Origin: Patescibacteria group bacterium
Lineage (GTDB): Bacteria > Patescibacteriota > Patescibacteriia > UBA9934
Assembly: GCA_038078775.1 (NCBI GenBank)
Contig: JBBTSN010000053.1
Coordinates: forward strand, 1 to 24,975
Length of the DNA: 24,975 nt
Direction of reading: 5' to 3'
Made by a program: the position numbers and the translations under genes. Below the pieces are notes generated by a model that saw nothing but the letters and a program-made list of their open reading frames with translations, searched no databases and was not told the DNA's origin. Below, one piece after another: positions 24,621 through 24,975 of this stretch (the first letter of the stretch is position 1; each line of letters begins with the position of its first letter).

Positions 24621-24813
24621 AGGGAGTTGAGTTGGGCTAGTGGGCTAGAAGGTAGGTAAGAACTGCGTCTCTACCTAGCCTGCTAGCACAACTAGCCTTC
24701 TATTTAATTCGAAGGAAATACTACCCTTTATCATCATTTTGGTCAAATATTTGCCAAATTATGTGGTGAAAAGTCCTTGACGGAACTCAAAAACTCCGCC
24801 AAAACAAGGATAT

Positions 24814-24975
24814 ATGCATATCACCGTTTCAAAAGGCCGTCTTTCCCAAAGCGGTGCAGAGGTGCTCGTGGTGCCTGTGTTCGCAGGAAAAGGACTCGCA
24901 GGTATTCCTGTGTTAGCGGCAGAATCGCTTCGTCGTGCGGAGCGTTTAGCAAAGGTACAAGAATTTGTGGGAAAG
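24814..24975 (+). CDS. Probable leucyl aminopeptidase (M17) N-terminus, partial
   Basis: MHITVSKGRLSQSGAEVLVVPVFAGK...QEFVGK resembles the PepA N-terminal domain. The catalytic domain is outside the window. Confidence 0.55.
   Translation, partial: MHITVSKGRLSQSGAEVLVVPVFAGKGLAGIPVLAAESLRRAERLAKVQEFVGK

Noticed and set aside
23895-24659. Track ORFs 23895..24206, 24133..24438, 24257..24550, 24268..24606 and 24459..24659
   Set aside because: They overlap the intron core, tRNA, or the small basic gene in other frames. Only the last 39 codons of 24133..24438 look meaningful (HNH remnant).

Overview
Bacterial genomic window whose gene content suggests Patescibacteria/CPR, probably Parcubacteria-like (inference from the pilin types, the GAGC lipobox, the PIF1-HTH helicase, the Gmad2 protein and the intron-split tRNA). 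The left half is mostly ordinary: a partial RimK-family ligase, a broken zinc-ribbon gene, an FAD oxidoreductase, a type IV pilus/T2SS-like locus (major pilin, pilB, pilC, four minor pilin-like genes), a PIF1-like helicase, murI, an M19 dipeptidase, a GC-rich orphan, a lipoprotein and an aldo/keto reductase. The right ~6.5 kb is the unusual part. A tRNA-Asn(GUU) gene is interrupted at 35/36 by a 384-nt subgroup-IA-like group I intron that carries a collapsed HNH homing-endonuclease remnant. Downstream of its 3' end lies an integrase-less array of about five 0.8-1.4 kb cassettes with unrelated cargo. The cassettes are joined at copies of the tRNA 3' terminus (TGGCTCC on +) and flanked by conserved left and right end modules. 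Three genes carry apparent frameshifts. All family calls are from motif recognition by eye; no database searches were run.
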